63,394 nucleotides of DNA, filler included, from Rhabdomonas costata (GCA_019059605.1; 25 parts of 25 records of this genome joined end to end with filler, not necessarily neighbours in it); one strand, 5' to 3'; shown: positions 26,564 to 39,868, counted from the whole stretch's first letter. The notes: generated from the sequence alone by a model not told the origin. Made by a program: numbers and translations.

Positions 26564-27717
26564 GTTCCCTACTGTGATGCCAGCAGCTTCCTAGGCAACC
26601 TTGACGCCCCGCGGTCGGTGTACGTGCCCCCACTGCAGCGCCACATGCCGCTGTACTTCCGGGGCTACCGCATCCTGCACGCCACAATGCGGCACCTGGG
26701 CGCCCACCGCCACCTCTGGCAAGCCACTGAGGTCCGCTTATCGAGCACCATTGGACTGGTTTCGTGCACGAACCCATCTCACAACCACGCATCGCCCCAC
26801 CCCCCACCCCTAAGAAAAAAGCAACCCGCATTTTTTCTGATTTCTGATTTCTGATGCTGTTTGCGTGCGGAGTGCCTCAGCTGCTGCAGAGAAAAGAAAT
26901 TCCCTGCTTGTGCCCACTGCACTTGTACCATGATTGCCCGGGTGGCACTTGTTCCTGGGACCCTTGTGATGCCTCTTTCAGGTTATCTTTGGGGGGCACT
27001 CCGCGGGAGGAATGGCGGTCTTACTGCAGCTGGACACCCTGCATGCGTACTTTCCTTCGTCCACCCGGGTGGTGGGCATCATTGACGCTGGACTGTTTCT
27101 TGGCATGACTTACCACACACATCCCAAAGCTCAAAGAGTAGCGGAAATGTCGGGCTAATCATTCCTCCCTGAGGTTCCTCGCGGTCCTTGATCAAAAGAT
27201 ACTGTGTGAGTCCTCGCACTGACTTGGCGCGCGCACGCACGCTCCGCGCACGCACACACGCACTTTATGGCATTAGCATGGGTTAATTTTTTGCCAGTCA
27301 ATCAGGCAACAACATCCAGTGCCCGATGCGCCCAACACACACCCATCACACATGTTGTTGTATTTTTGTATGTATTTTTGGTCAGGACACCCTTTCTATG
27401 AACGCCGTTTAATCTGTTTGTTGCCGCGCGTCTCCTAATCTGTTTGCAGACCACAGAACGGGAAGTGTACATGGGCGTGCCCACTGCAGAGCTCTTGAAA
27501 GGTGTGCGGCATTCTGTCTGTCTGAAGCTACTCACTCGTATGCTGAACACACTCTTTACGAATGGCCCTTGCTTCGTCCAGGGCGACGCGCCCTTGTCTG
27601 CCCTCGGGAACAAGATGTGATGATAAAATGCTGATTTCCTGGCATAGATGGTGGTCCCCACGCCCAGAGAGCTCTTCTCTTCCCTCGTATGGCAGCAACC
27701 ACCCCACGACATCCTGG
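26564..27717 (+). CDS. Pectin acetylesterase / Notum-family alpha/beta hydrolase, partial; exons 26564-26731, 26982-27102, 27648-27717
   Basis: VPYCDASSFLG..LYFRGYRILHATMRHL..WQATE|VIFGGHSAGGMAVLLQLD..VVGIIDAGLFL|D contains the PAE/Notum motifs YCD, FRG, GxSAGG and DAG.FLD. Confidence 0.85.
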
Positions 27718-28086
27718 GTGGGAGTTGAGCAGTTAGAATCGTATTCCTTCGAAAATTGCTCCATACTGCACCACTTCACAGTATACCTAGCACGGAACCA
27801 CCCATTGAGTTNNNNNNNNNNNNNNNNNNNNNNNNNNNNNNNNNNNNNNNNNNNNTTAATTAATTAANNNNNNNNNNNNNNNNNNNNNNNNNNNNNNNNN
27901 NNNNNNNNNNNGGGTGTGAAAGGACAGCGACGGGGTGGTGACAGCGACGCCGTGGTGCTCCCTTCCATCGTCTAAATTGCCTTTCTCAAGAGTGAAAAGG
28001 TGTCCCTGTGTCCCTGTGTCCCTGTGTGGGGAACCTGAACTCAGAGCGGCTGAAGAACTAACCTATCCTCTGCGTGACGTTGTCAG

Positions 28087-28643
28087 GCGGATACCAACGT
28101 GGTGACGAAAGATGGAGCCACCCCTCTTTGCTCGGCCTGCGACAAGGGCCATGTTTACGCGGCGGAGCTAATGCTGCACCACAAGGCCGACGTCAACCAG
28201 GCGGATAAAAATGGCGACACGCCCCCTTCAGCAATGGTTACCAAGAGACCGCAGAGCTGCTGCTGCTACACTTCAGGGCCAACGTTAACCTGCCGAACAA
28301 TATGAACAATGATGGGTTCACTCCCCTTTACGTTGCGTGTCAGAATGGCCACCGCGACACTGCGGAGCTGCTTCAGCACCACAACACCGACGTCAAAGTG
28401 GCCAACAAAGATGTATTTACGCCTCTTTGTTGCGCCTGCGAATGGCCACTTGGAAGCGGAGCAATAAGCAATGGAATCACCCCTCTGATTCTGGCGGCTT
28501 TCAAGGGCCACAGGGAGGTTGTGGCGCTGCTGGCGCAGCACGGCGCGGACTTGGCGACGCAGTTTAAAAGGACAGAGTGGGCGCGGCGACAGGGCCACGG
28601 CGCGGTGGTGGATGATGGGCCCTCGCCAAGTCAGAGGCGATAG
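28087..28643 (+). pseudogene. Frameshifted ankyrin-repeat gene
   Basis: The ankyrin repeats DGATPLCSACDKGH..ADVNQADKNGDTP, DGFTPLYVACQNGH and NGITPLILAAFKGHREVVALL lie in two frames. The shift is near 28228 and the repeats have internal deletions. Confidence 0.75.
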
Positions 28644-30661
28644 CGGGTTGCGGTAAAAACAAAAATATACGGCCCCCAGCCGAGGGAGGCAGCCAAAATA
28701 ATACGTATCGATGTTATTTTGCAAAGCTGTGCATCGCTTTCTTGTGAAAGGGTTTTTTCGAAGATGTGAGGGATCCTGTCATAAACACCCCTCGAGCCGA
28801 TTTTCTCGTCTGTGCCACTTGCCCTCCAAAGAAGCACTTCGTGTTCTCCTCGCACACCTCCCATTCCCCAATGCCTAGCTCGTACAATGAATCTCGACGG
28901 AGTTGTACGGGTTCGCTTGGTTTCCGAAGGATTGGGTGCCAGCCTTATTTACGCTCTCCTCTCTCCTCTCTGGCAGGCTACGTTTCCTTTTTTGGACCCC
29001 CACTCCTGCCCTCCACACCTATTCTTCATTGGGCTGCCCCTTAGTTTGTGTGCTCACTTGTGCTTACTGGAAAGGGTGCAGTTCCCTTTCCCTCCTCATT
29101 GCAATGAACTCCCCCACCACGACGATGAAGGTGCCCTGGAAGGGCCCGCAGAAGCTCTTCTCGGACCGCTACCAGCTTCTGCTGGCCTCACGGGCACAAG
29201 GACCTGCGCTTCCCGGGACCCCGGCCTGGGAGGTTGTGGCAAAGCCCTTGTCAATCGCTGCCGGCCTGGAGGCCACCGCGGGCACCCCGTCGGGCTCGTT
29301 CAGCTACGTCTGCCACGTCCTGAAGCAGGCTCTCGCAGTCCCCCCCCCCCAATGAAAGTTCGAAAAAAGGAGTTTCATAAAATTCCAGTGCGCTTTTTTT
29401 GTGCTCCTGGGCGCACAAAAATGGAGTGCAATCGTTGTTAAATTTATATGCATAGGTCTACCCACTTGCCTCCTTTAGGTAATCACAGAACGGTTTCTGG
29501 CCCTATCTGCTTCGTAGGTTTTGTCGTGAATTTTTGGGGCATGTTCTCGTTGATACGGCCGAAAAAAAATTTAGGACAAGATTCTTTTAGCGTGAGTTTT
29601 GCAGTGAATGACTCCAAGAAGTGGCAAGAGTTGTTACCTTATTTACCTTCGAACCGTCGTGGACGCTTATGCAGCGAATGGGTTGCAGCGCTTTTCCGCA
29701 ATGTGTGACGGAATACCCATTTCATCAGAGACGACCATAACTCTCTCCTTCCCCGCGAGCATGGAACGTTCCTTTTGGCACGAACTCCTTTCATGGCTTC
29801 TTTTTCAGTTATAGTGCACCATTGGAGCAAGGTGCTGTTTTTTCCACCCCACTCATGCCAGATTCACTTTTTTGGTGATGCGACGCGTGCCTCGCCGGCC
29901 GCCCGCCCGCCTGCCCACTTTGATCGTGCGCCCATCTGCGTGACTGCTTCGTGGTGTTTTAGTTTCCACCTCGAAAAACAAAAAAGTTTTCGCATGAAAA
30001 CGGTTCTATGTGAGCCACTTTGAAAATTGGGATGGGGGAGGCGTGTCGTTTTGCAGTGCTGAATGAAGCGCCTCGGCGGCACCCGAAACTTGTCCCATCC
30101 TCCGGCAAAGTCCCACAGCGGGAGCTCCCCAATGAAAGTCCAGCAATGCTAAATCATTAACGCCCCCTCCCCTCCCCCCGCCCAAAAAAAGCAGCGTGAA
30201 AGAATAGCCACACACACACACACGCGCTACTGGGTAATGATGGCATGGAGTCCATGCGAATCCTGAGAGTAAGGATCGCCTCATGGCTGGATGCAGCGCA
30301 GCAAGAGATGTTTGGCGATCTCAAGCTCCAGGACTGGATTCTTGCCTNNNNNNNNNNNNNNNNNNNNNNNNNNNNNNNNNNNNNNNNNNNNTTAATTAAT
30401 TAANNNNNNNNNNNNNNNNNNNNNNNNNNNNNNNNNNNNNNNNNNNNGGTGAGTGTGTTTGGTGGGGGGGGTGAGTATGGTTCGCGAGCGCCTTTGCCTT
30501 TTTGTTTGATTCATAGTGCAGTCCCACGTCTCGACTCTTCCGCTGCTAGAAATGTTTTCCATCTCCTGACCTCTGCGCTGGCAATGGTTACACCAGTAGT
30601 TGCTTCAGGGTGTCGTGGTAAGTGATGAATATGCTTCCCTTGCCACCGCGGTGCTTTGCAG

Positions 30662-32761
30662 CCTACTCTGGGGATCGAAATCACGATGGAGCCCTCCACC
30701 ACCCTCCACTGCGTCACCGAGCCCATCCCGCGGGCCCTGGCTGCCTTGATCCCCTTCAAGCGTGGCCCAGCGGAAGTCATTCCTGGAGGCCAGCTTGAGA
30801 ACCTTGAGAGTGCACCCCAAAGGTTGACGGAAGCCGCGGCGCCAGCCCCGCCGGATGGCGTGGGCACCGAAGCCCAGGCTGCCTCGCCACGTCCTACGGC
30901 GGCCTTGGTGACGTTCCGGCCCTCCTGCAAGGGCATTGGGGAAGGGTCGGCTACCGCTGCAATGGAGATGGTTTTTGTGGTGGACTGCAGCGGGAGCATG
31001 TCCGGCACTCGGATTGGGCAGGCGAAGGTGGGCGACGATAGCCGCAGGACCTTTTTATCTCCTCTCGTCTGCTTCCTTCGATATCGCCTCGATTTTCCAC
31101 AATTCCTACTTCAACTGTGACTTCATTCACAGGTTGTCTAGTTCGATGGGTCTTGACTTGACATTCGATATTGCCTGTGGTTGACATGACCTGCTCCCTT
31201 ACCTCTACTACACTCCAACCTATCTGCATAGCACAGGCGCTACCGTGCACTCCTTCGGCTCGTTGTGCCTTCTCCGGTTCGTTGGTTCTCAGCTACTCCC
31301 CCGTTCTTCTCTCTCTCTCTCCTTCCCGCACAGACAGCACTGCAGCTGTTTCTTCGAGGACTGCCTCTGGGCTGCTTCTTCAATGTCGTGATGTTCGGTT
31401 CCACCTTCCGCTCGCTGTTTCCCCGCAGCAAGCTGTACACGGCAGACACAATGAAGGAGGCCGCGGAGTGTGCCAGCGAGCTGGACGCCAGCATGGGTGG
31501 GACGGAGCTTCTGAGCCCCTTGCGCACGATTCTGCGATGGCCCTCCCCTACGAGTCCGTTCGGCAGTCTCCTGCGGGCCCTCCGTCCTACCCCCACGAGC
31601 TTGGAAGTGATTCGGAGTGTGGTGGTGCTGACGGATGGCGAGGTATCAGACAAGGAGTCAGTCTTTGAGGAGGTGCGCCAGAGGTGCACCCCGGGGCCTG
31701 CGCTGGGGTGCGTCTCGCGGGTGTTTGCCCTGGGGATTGGGGAGGCGGACCGGTCCCTGATCCAAGGGCTTGCGGAGCACGGCGGCGGGGCGTGCGACTT
31801 TTCTGTGCCTTGTCCGACCGAAGGCGGAGCTCTGGAGCAGAAGGTGCTGCAGCTTACCCAGCTGGCGTTGAAAGGGGCGCCGCCCGTGCTTGTGGGGGCG
31901 CGGGTGGAGTGGGGAGGTCTGAGCGTGCGGCAGGCTCCGTCCGCCATCCCGGCGGCCTACCTCTCCCATGAACTGGTGCTCTGCGCGGTCATTGAGGACC
32001 TTCGCGAGGAGACTACGATTACGCTGAAGGGCATGATTGGCTCCGAAGCCGTGGAAGCCACGGCGGTCCTCACCCCAGCACCCCCGGGTTGCGGCGCTGC
32101 CCCTGCCCCTGGCCCTGTGGCTCGGCTGGGGGTGCACCAGCTGATTCAGGAGTTGGAGAAGGATCCGCAGCTGCGTCGCGAAGTGACGGCGCTGAGCATA
32201 GGGTTTGAGCTGGTGTCCTGCTTTACGGGATTGGTTGTGGTCTCGGGCACCGCTGCAGAGGCTCCCAGTGCCCCGTTAGCTCGGAGTATGGTGATTTCAG
32301 AAGTGCCTGAGATGCCAGCGAGTTTTTCTCCTGGCGGTGAGCACGTCGCTCGTTCCAGTAGCTTGAGAGCTCAATTGGACTTGCTTAATGCTTCGCTTCG
32401 TCCGCTCGGGTGTGCTTCTTTGGAAATGGGATCACCTTGTGTTCTAAGCAGATGTCGATGCGCTGTCGCGGGAGGCAAGGCTCTGAATTATGGTCCTGTG
32501 CCGTGCAAAAGCCTCTCTCTTGGATGCAAGCGAAGGCGCAATCCTTTTGCGGCCGCAGCTGGGGCTCTTGGAGCAGCCTTTCACGCCGCGGGCAAGCTTT
32601 TCAAGAGCTTCCCCATAAAAAGAGGTCTGTTACATCATTCTGTTGGCATATGCGTGGGTGGGGTCTTTAATGGTTTAAAGGCCCCTTCCAGGCATTTAAT
32701 TTTATCGCGGATGGGGTTTACTATGGGCTTGTCATCTTTCGGGCTTTCCCAAAGAAAGTAA
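30662..32761 (+). CDS. von Willebrand factor A domain protein (VIT-VWA / VWA5A-like), partial; exons 30662-31027 and 31334-32761
   Basis: EMVFVVDCSGSMSGTRIGQAK|TALQLFLRGLPLGCFFNVVMFGS..ASMGGTELLSPL..VVVLTDGEV..RVFALGIG contains the MIDAS DxSxS, T and D residues. Confidence 0.85.
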
Positions 32762-33298
32762 ACTTGTGTGAGGCAAAAAAAATAACTCCGGGGACTCCTA
32801 CGCGTTAGTGATTGCTTACCAACCCCACAGCCGAAACAACGCGGGGAAAAATCAAAATTTAAAAATTTTCAGAACAAAAAACCNNNNNNNNNNNNNNNNN
32901 NNNNNNNNNNNNNNNNNNNNNNNNNNNTTAATTAATTAANNNNNNNNNNNNNNNNNNNNNNNNNNNNNNNNNNNNNNNNNNNNCTGAAGAGAATGATTTG
33001 ACCGATGCTATTTAGGGGGACCAGTGGTGGTGGGCAAGGGCAGGGCAGAAGGAAAGTTGAAATAACGCTGTTTGTGACTGGTATCTTTTCGGGCTGGGTG
33101 GAACCGCAATCACTCCCCCGGGTGGTGTGGACGTAAAGCAAAAGGAAAGGGAACGCGCGCGCGAGCGCATTTTGGACATGACAAGCGGGCTGCTATGGAA
33201 CAAGTGCATTGAGTGCAGCCTCTGTGCCCGCGTGAAGTTGGTATGGGTATCGGTGAGTAGGTAGGTGCGGCCCCCCCCCCAATCTATGCATCGCACAC

Positions 33299-33437
33299 CA
33301 ATGCCGACGACCTTCTTGTCGGGGTCCACCAGGCAGGCCCCAACCTGGCGGTTGGGATCCTTGCTGCGCAGCGCGGACAGCAGAGCAATTCCCATGAAGT
33401 AGTCCTCCCATCCCAGAAAGTCCTGGCGTTTGGCCAT
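33299..33437 (-). CDS. DCTD: dCMP deaminase, first coding exon
   Basis: [47 protein letters not shown]|gt is the dCMP deaminase N-terminus. Confidence 0.9.
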
Positions 33438-34123
33438 TCTCACAATTCCCTCTGCCCTCCTGCAGCAAGGTCGCAGGGCTGGTTCAACTGGTGGAGCCCC
33501 CAGAGAAATAAAGGTCGCCGAATGGCACAAAAAGGAACGCAGGAGAAAGCAGCTGTTTAAAACACCAGAGCCCCGGACACAGACGGGCTGGGAATTCCTC
33601 GGATTTCCAGAAACTGCCTACTCCATCCGGATCCCTAAATACATCCCAAAATCGGTTTAAATCGGATGAACGGTGCCTGAAAGCCGTATCATATGCGGCC
33701 GAGATTGCAGGCTTGGATAAACCCAGCAGTGTTATCCTCGTCACAACCGAAATCACGCAGTTTTGGACTGAAAAGGCGGTGAAGAGGTGGTGAAAAGACC
33801 GGTTTTATCCGAAGGCGTTTTGCTTTTTTGACCTATTCCCTGTGTTTCCACCCCTACCTATTGCTTTTTGGATGACGCGGACAATAATAGCCCCCGTGTC
33901 TCCTGCCACGGGCATGAAGGATGCAGGAGGAGCCCATGCAACATCCATCCTCATTGCAAATCCGAATCAATGGGGAACATGACAGAAGAATTTTGTGCAA
34001 CAGTTGGAATTCAGGCCTCCAAAGCTAAACATGCTCCAGGGCCTAGTTTAACACACCACAGCCGAAAGCAGCACCATGCTTAGAAATTGCCACGAGGAAC
34101 GGGGCACAACAGCAAAGCTACAG

Positions 34124-35249
34124 CTACTCTGGGGTCCCAGGAGTGAGCATCACCAGGGTCTCCTGCGGAGGGGTTGCGCAAGGTCTGCTCTTCTCTCCTT
34201 CCTCCTCCTCCTCCTCCTCACTCTCTCTCCGCTTACGTGGTTCCGCAGAGGACGGGTATGGGGCCTGGACTGGAGTTGGCATTGTCTGAGACCCCGATGG
34301 CTCGAAGTGGTTTGTGCTGCGGAGCCCGTCATCAGATGTGGGAGCGTCTCTGGTCTCGACGATCCACGGCGTGGCGCAGGCTGCGACCAGGGGCACCACG
34401 CCGACCCAGAACATCGCCCGCAACAGGGCATCCACTCCCGCAGCAGTCACCGCACCCACCACAAAGGGACCCCTGTAAGGAGCAGTGCAGGGATACCCGA
34501 CTGATGCTTTTTCACAGGGTTCCCACGCCAAGTGCCCCAACGTCACAGCACTCCGTGCTAACAAGGAGACCATGTGGTGGGAAACATGAGAACAATTGAG
34601 AAAAAACTACTCACGCAAGGAGGTGACAAGAGGCAGTGTGTGAATTTGGGGAGATTGGAAGGGGTGAAGAACTTGCTTTTTCAAGCCATATTGTCATAAT
34701 AAGGAATCTTCCAGGTTCCTCTCGGAGAACAGCCGTGCAAGTGCCGGATCGACTCCGCCAACACAGTGACGTTCTCCTCTCACAGGCAATCGTCAACAAC
34801 CCCAGCAGTCTTTGATTTAGTCGTCATTGTCCAGGGAAATAGCGATGACAGGAATAACCTCACACGGCGTGGCAGGATATGCCTGTATATCCCGAAAGAA
34901 GTCATTTTGAATTCCAACTCGACTCCACCGACCACACTCCCCTTCGCCCCTTCAGTCTGTCCCGTTCCCAATTGGGCCCAGCAAAGAGTTGAGCGTCAGA
35001 CATGCATGAGTGGTCGCAACGTTGTTGAAGAGGAACCTTTTCCTGCAGCCACTTTCAAGCGAATATATGTAGTGCCCAAGTGCGGCACACAAGGCGAAGG
35101 CAAAGAGAGGAGTGAAAGGCTTCACAAACCCAGCTGCTATGAACCGCCCAACGTTGTAGCAAAACCCGCTCCCCGTCGCCCTCACCTCCAGCGGGAACAA
35201 CTCCGGGAGGTAGTATGTGAAGCTCCCGAAGACCCCAAACACGAACAAC
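34124..35249 (-). CDS. MFS transporter, last two exons (35249-35130, 34472-34124)
   Basis: LFVFGVFGSFTYYLPELFPLEVRATGSGFCYNVGRFIAAG|GPFVVGAV..FWVGVVPLVAACATPWIVETR contains the 'ELFP..VRATG' and 'ET(R/K)' motifs. It ends in an acidic tail and a stop. Confidence 0.85.
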
Positions 35250-35518
35250 CTGCAGATCGGCGATACGCACCTAGCATATATGTCCCACCAGGGCCTGTCT
35301 CAACTGCACCAGCGGTTTGCGTATAGGTTACGCTGGCTTATTTCTGCTCAGGCGGATACGGAGACGGCCCGACCCCACACACTAAAGAAAAAGAAAGCAA
35401 ATGAACTCACCCCACAAGNNNNNNNNNNNNNNNNNNNNNNNNNNNNNNNNNNNNNNNNNNNNTTAATTAATTAANNNNNNNNNNNNNNNNNNNNNNNNNN
35501 NNNNNNNNNNNNNNNNNN

Positions 35519-36110
35519 GTGGGTTTGTGGCTCATTTTCCAGCGAGACGACGCACGTCTCACCGATCGCTATGGGACGAACTCCGGAGGGCTCCTTCTCC
35601 AGCCCGATGAGGCGAGCACCGCAGAGCCAAGGTCCAGCCTCGGGGAGCCCGGCAGAATTAAAATCCCACACAAAATCGGCCAGGGCCTGCGCCAAGGTGT
35701 CGTCTTCATCTGACTTTAGCATTTCGGCGAGGTGGCAGGCCCGGAGGCCTGAGGAGCCAGCGGCAAATGAGCCACAGGCCCACCGCACATCTGAGTGCTC
35801 AAACTCCAGCGCGAATTCGGACACGGGCGCAATTGGGTGCACTGGCTCCTTTCTGGAGGGGTGCAACTTCTGAAGCATGAATCATTTCAGTTGTCTGTGG
35901 GGATTGAACGAGACTTCAGCAACTTGACAGCTTCGGACAGACTTCCCGCAGTAATGAACACACGGTTGGTCGCCCGGTCAAGCAAATCACCAAGCGGTCG
36001 CGGGCGTCTTGGACTTCGGCTTCCGGCGTCCCCCCACCAATTGCCTGAATCGCCTGGGCGGCAAACTCCCGAAAAGCGCCAGCACTCCATCGTTGAAGCC
36101 CGTCAAGAAT
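35519..36110 (-). mobile_element. Degenerate CRE-like (RLE-type) non-LTR retrotransposon fragment, RT N-terminus
   Basis: LQKLHP..FAAGSSGLRACHLAEML..LADFV..WLCGARLIGLEKEPSGVRPIAIGET. It is frameshifted and truncated by the contig end. Confidence 0.75.
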
Positions 36111-36497
36111 GACTCCACTTGCTTGCCGTTTGTGCTTATGCCCTCCCCGGACAAGAGGGAAAAGCACCATGAGCAACAAGCGACGCAGACTGGACGTCCC
36201 AGCGCCTCGGCAAGCGCGTAGGCCAGGGGCTTCCGGCACGCAGGAGGTATGTGATGGATTGTGCCTGCTGGAAGGGAGAGGAGTACGTCTGTTTGCGAAA
36301 TAACATCCGGTGCTGCTCTGAGAGGGGAGGGCTGTCGGAGTGCGGAAGGACACTGTTGTGCAGAGCGCCAGCTTGGAGACGACGGCAGAGGTCGCGCGAC
36401 TCATTGAGCGGCATGAACATGCACAGCCATCGCAGACAAGAAGGACTCAGGGATTACCACAACATCTGAACCGGAGAGGTGGATCACCTCAATTTGG

Positions 36498-37100
36498 TTA
36501 AGCAGGGCCTGACTGCTCACACTGGAAGGGTCGTTGTAACCGACGGCAGTCGGGAAGGGGTAACCCTGAGGGATGAAGAGCCTGAAGAGCCATTACAGTC
36601 TCCGGAGTGAGACGTGCTTCGTCTCGTCGACTAGAAGAGGCACACCTTTGGAATTGGCTCCCTTCCGCAACCTCGGCAACACGCCGGATCACGGCGGGAG
36701 TGATGGTGGGGTGAGAGCTCTTGGAGATTGGTTTAGCTTGTTTCAGGGGCTTCAGAGCTCGCTTTCTTGCCTCGTCCCAGAGATGTACCCACTCGCCCTG
36801 CGACCAACGACGAACGCGGGTGGCAAGGGCTGACAAAGACTTCTTGCGCAATTTCGGAGTGGAAGACCCCACTCGATGTGGTGCGAAGAGGCACTGGGGA
36901 CCATCATTAGCAATTGGAAAGACTTGCGGAATGCTGGAGAAGATGCCGTTCCGCTGCTGGAATAAAGGTTTGGGTACGTGAAAGTTAGGGATCGGGGGTC
37001 CCAGAATAGTCTGCAGCTGAGGCAGCGTGATGTTGAATTTGTCGGAAAGGAAGGCCTCTGCGCGTGTGAAAGGTTCCGGAGGCTCCTCATCCCGCGCAAG
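36498..37100 (-). mobile_element. Second CRE-like non-LTR retrotransposon fragment (pre-RT region)
   Basis: TLPQLQTILGPPIPNFHVPK..RVRRWSQGEWVHLWDEA..TPETVMALQALHP resembles the region preceding RT in these elements. Confidence 0.6.
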
Positions 37101-37619
37101 AGTCTAGCGGCGGAGACGTCGACGGGGGCCGCTGCTGAGGGCAACTCCAACGTCACAGAGTCTTGCGCTCGCGATTTAAACGGCACCCGCATGGCTTTGT
37201 GGTAGGCTTCAGAATGCGGCGGGTGGGGCATTTCTCCTTCTCGAAGTGCGCCACTCACCCCTAGGAAGCTGGCCACCCGACAGATGAACACTGTTCATGT
37301 GCAGAAAAAGCTCGCGCGGCCCCGCAAAAGCAACCTGGCAACTCCTTAAGCCACTTATTCCACGGCGCCATAGAGGCGGCGCCAGAGCTGCTCGGAAATA
37401 AGGGACAGAACCAGGTTCGATTAAATCATTTCTTTTTGTGTGCCCGGAAACGGAAGTGAGGCCTTCTTTGCAAGTTCGGTTGTGCGCTTTTCTCATTTGA
37501 CCACGTACACCCAAGCACGCTCGTTTAACCTTACCGCTGCTCGCTTCTGTGAATTTCTATGAATTCAGGCCAGATCCACTAGGCGAACACACCAGCTGCT
37601 GGCCGAACCCATGCAGTGT

Positions 37620-37850
37620 CACGGTTCCGTCCAACCTACCTCTCGCTTCCTTTTTCGCATGCGCGCGCCTGATCGGGTTTGGCAAGGCAGGTGCCGGGAT
37701 CCGTCCCATTGCAGTGGGCGAGACCCTGCGGCGGCTGGTGGGTAAGGCTTCACTCACAGACCAGACACCTTTTCTCACTTCCATACTAGCTCCAATGCAA
37801 GTGGGTGTGGCTGATTGTGCACGCGGTGCGTGAGTGGAATTCACTCTGAG
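37620..37850 (+). mobile_element. Third CRE-like RT fragment, opposite orientation
   Basis: FFACARLIGFGKAGAGIRPIAVGETLRRLVGKA..LAPMQVGVA..RGA* covers RT domains 1-2/2a. Confidence 0.75.
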
Positions 37851-38063
37851 GCTAAGAACAACTCTAACTGAGACGTAGATGGTCAGTGTCTTGTCGATCT
37901 CTGTTCTGGTTTTCTTGGTTGACTTCCTTCCTCCGCTCCCGATCCCCCCACCCCNNNNNNNNNNNNNNNNNNNNNNNNNNNNNNNNNNNNNNNNNNNNTT
38001 AATTAATTAANNNNNNNNNNNNNNNNNNNNNNNNNNNNNNNNNNNNNNNNNNNNGGGGTGTGG

Positions 38064-38066
<3 letters not shown>

Positions 38067-38110
<44 letters not shown>
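38067..38110. repeat. (TG)n microsatellite
   Basis: Read directly. Confidence 0.95.
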
Positions 38111-38111
<1 letters not shown>

Positions 38112-39868
38112 ACTCAGACCTTTGTGACGGCTTCGACAAAGGTCACGACATGATCATCCCTTGGATGCTGTTGTTGTGACCAGATGACCAGAAACAAAAA
38201 CGCACACAGCGGAGCGTACTGGTTCCACTTCGGATTGGGGAAAAGAAGTAAAAGCATTCTTTGCACCAAGCCAGGGCTCAACGCAGTACGCGGCAGCGGT
38301 AGCACAGAAGCACAAAAGGGCCGAATCTAAGAGTGTGGTGGCTTCTAGGAGAGAGGCAAACTCAAAGATGTTGCTCTACGGATATGTCGCTCATTTCATT
38401 TTCTGTCACACTTGAAAAACATCTTTCAAAAGTTCATTTCTTTGCAAAGCCACAAATCCTGGAAATACATATCTGAATTCTTTTCGAAAAGAATCAATTT
38501 CGGGCACTTTCTCAAAACCACGGGGCTATTACAAAACAACTCCTTTTGCAAACCTTCCTGGTAAGTGTTCTAAGCCGTTCTCGCTGCACTTTTTCAAGGC
38601 CAGATGTCTGCTTTTTTCGGCTGGCCCGCCGGCCTCCAGCTATAATCCAGCATGAGAGCGGCAGGGGGAAGCAAGGAGAGGCACACTCACCACTCACCCG
38701 CACACCGGCACACACAAAAATCACCATAATGCCGCGGGGGGAGGAAATGATGAAATGTCCCTTTCACCCACGGGTTTCCTTGCGAAACCGCCCGCACATT
38801 AGAGATGGTTTTTGCCAGACTCCAACGGCGTTTTTTTGGGTAACGTTGCGCGACGTTTTCGGCATAACTCCCCTGTGTAAAGACGGTTTGCTCTCCTCGT
38901 GTGTTTTCTTTTCTGTGTACTGATGGTTGCCGTTCTTTTCTGTGTGCGTAACCCGGTTACCTCGTCAAAGGCACCCACATAAAAGAAGGATTTTGAACGA
39001 TTTACTGTCCCGGACCGGCTTGGTAACGGGATGGCTGCTCCGCTTGCGCAGGTCTTGCCTGAGAGTCCACCACAAACGACACATCTCATGGTGCAACCAC
39101 ACCAGAAAACCAGCAGAGAGTGTGAAGCAAGGAAGATGAACGCAAATCCCGAGGGTTAACCCAACGACCCAGTGAGCGAACCCCAGGTATTCTACACTGT
39201 TGCATACCTCACCTGAGAGACTACCAGAAAATGCAAAAAAAAAAAAGACGAACAAAAAAGTAACGAAGGAGAAAAAAGAGGAAAACCTCACTCACGGTGG
39301 CAGAAACACACAGCACAAGACACGCATCCACTAAATCGATGAAACGGTACAGGTGTGGAAGTAACCACGAGCACGAATATCAGAGCATGAAAATGGAATA
39401 TGTGGTCGTCTAGAGGAGCCGAAGAGCGGATGAGCACCACACGTCAAAAGCGCAGAGACGTGGAACTGGAGAATGAATCGAGAACCTGTGGCTAACCTGG
39501 GCAGGTATACCAAGGTGATTGGGCAATAGACAGATGGAAACGCTGATTGACATGTCGATAAACTTGCACTTTCTGTAGATCTTGTCGGCTCCGACTACGA
39601 CGACTTCGTCAGCAATGAGCGAAGGTCCACCTCCTGCGTTATGAACACATGATAATAGCAAGGTTGCTTTTCGCTTGCTTAATGCCAGAAGATAAAAAAG
39701 GGGTGAAACAGGACAAATTGAAATCCATTCTGGAAGAGGAAATCTACCCATCATCGACCATGTAACGTTCATTCCAAATGGGAAGACACTAGCCGCCAAC
39801 AGACCAAGTTTGGTCCTAACAAAGGAAAGCATGGACGAGGAAAGCGCTGCGCAAACCAACAAACCTTT

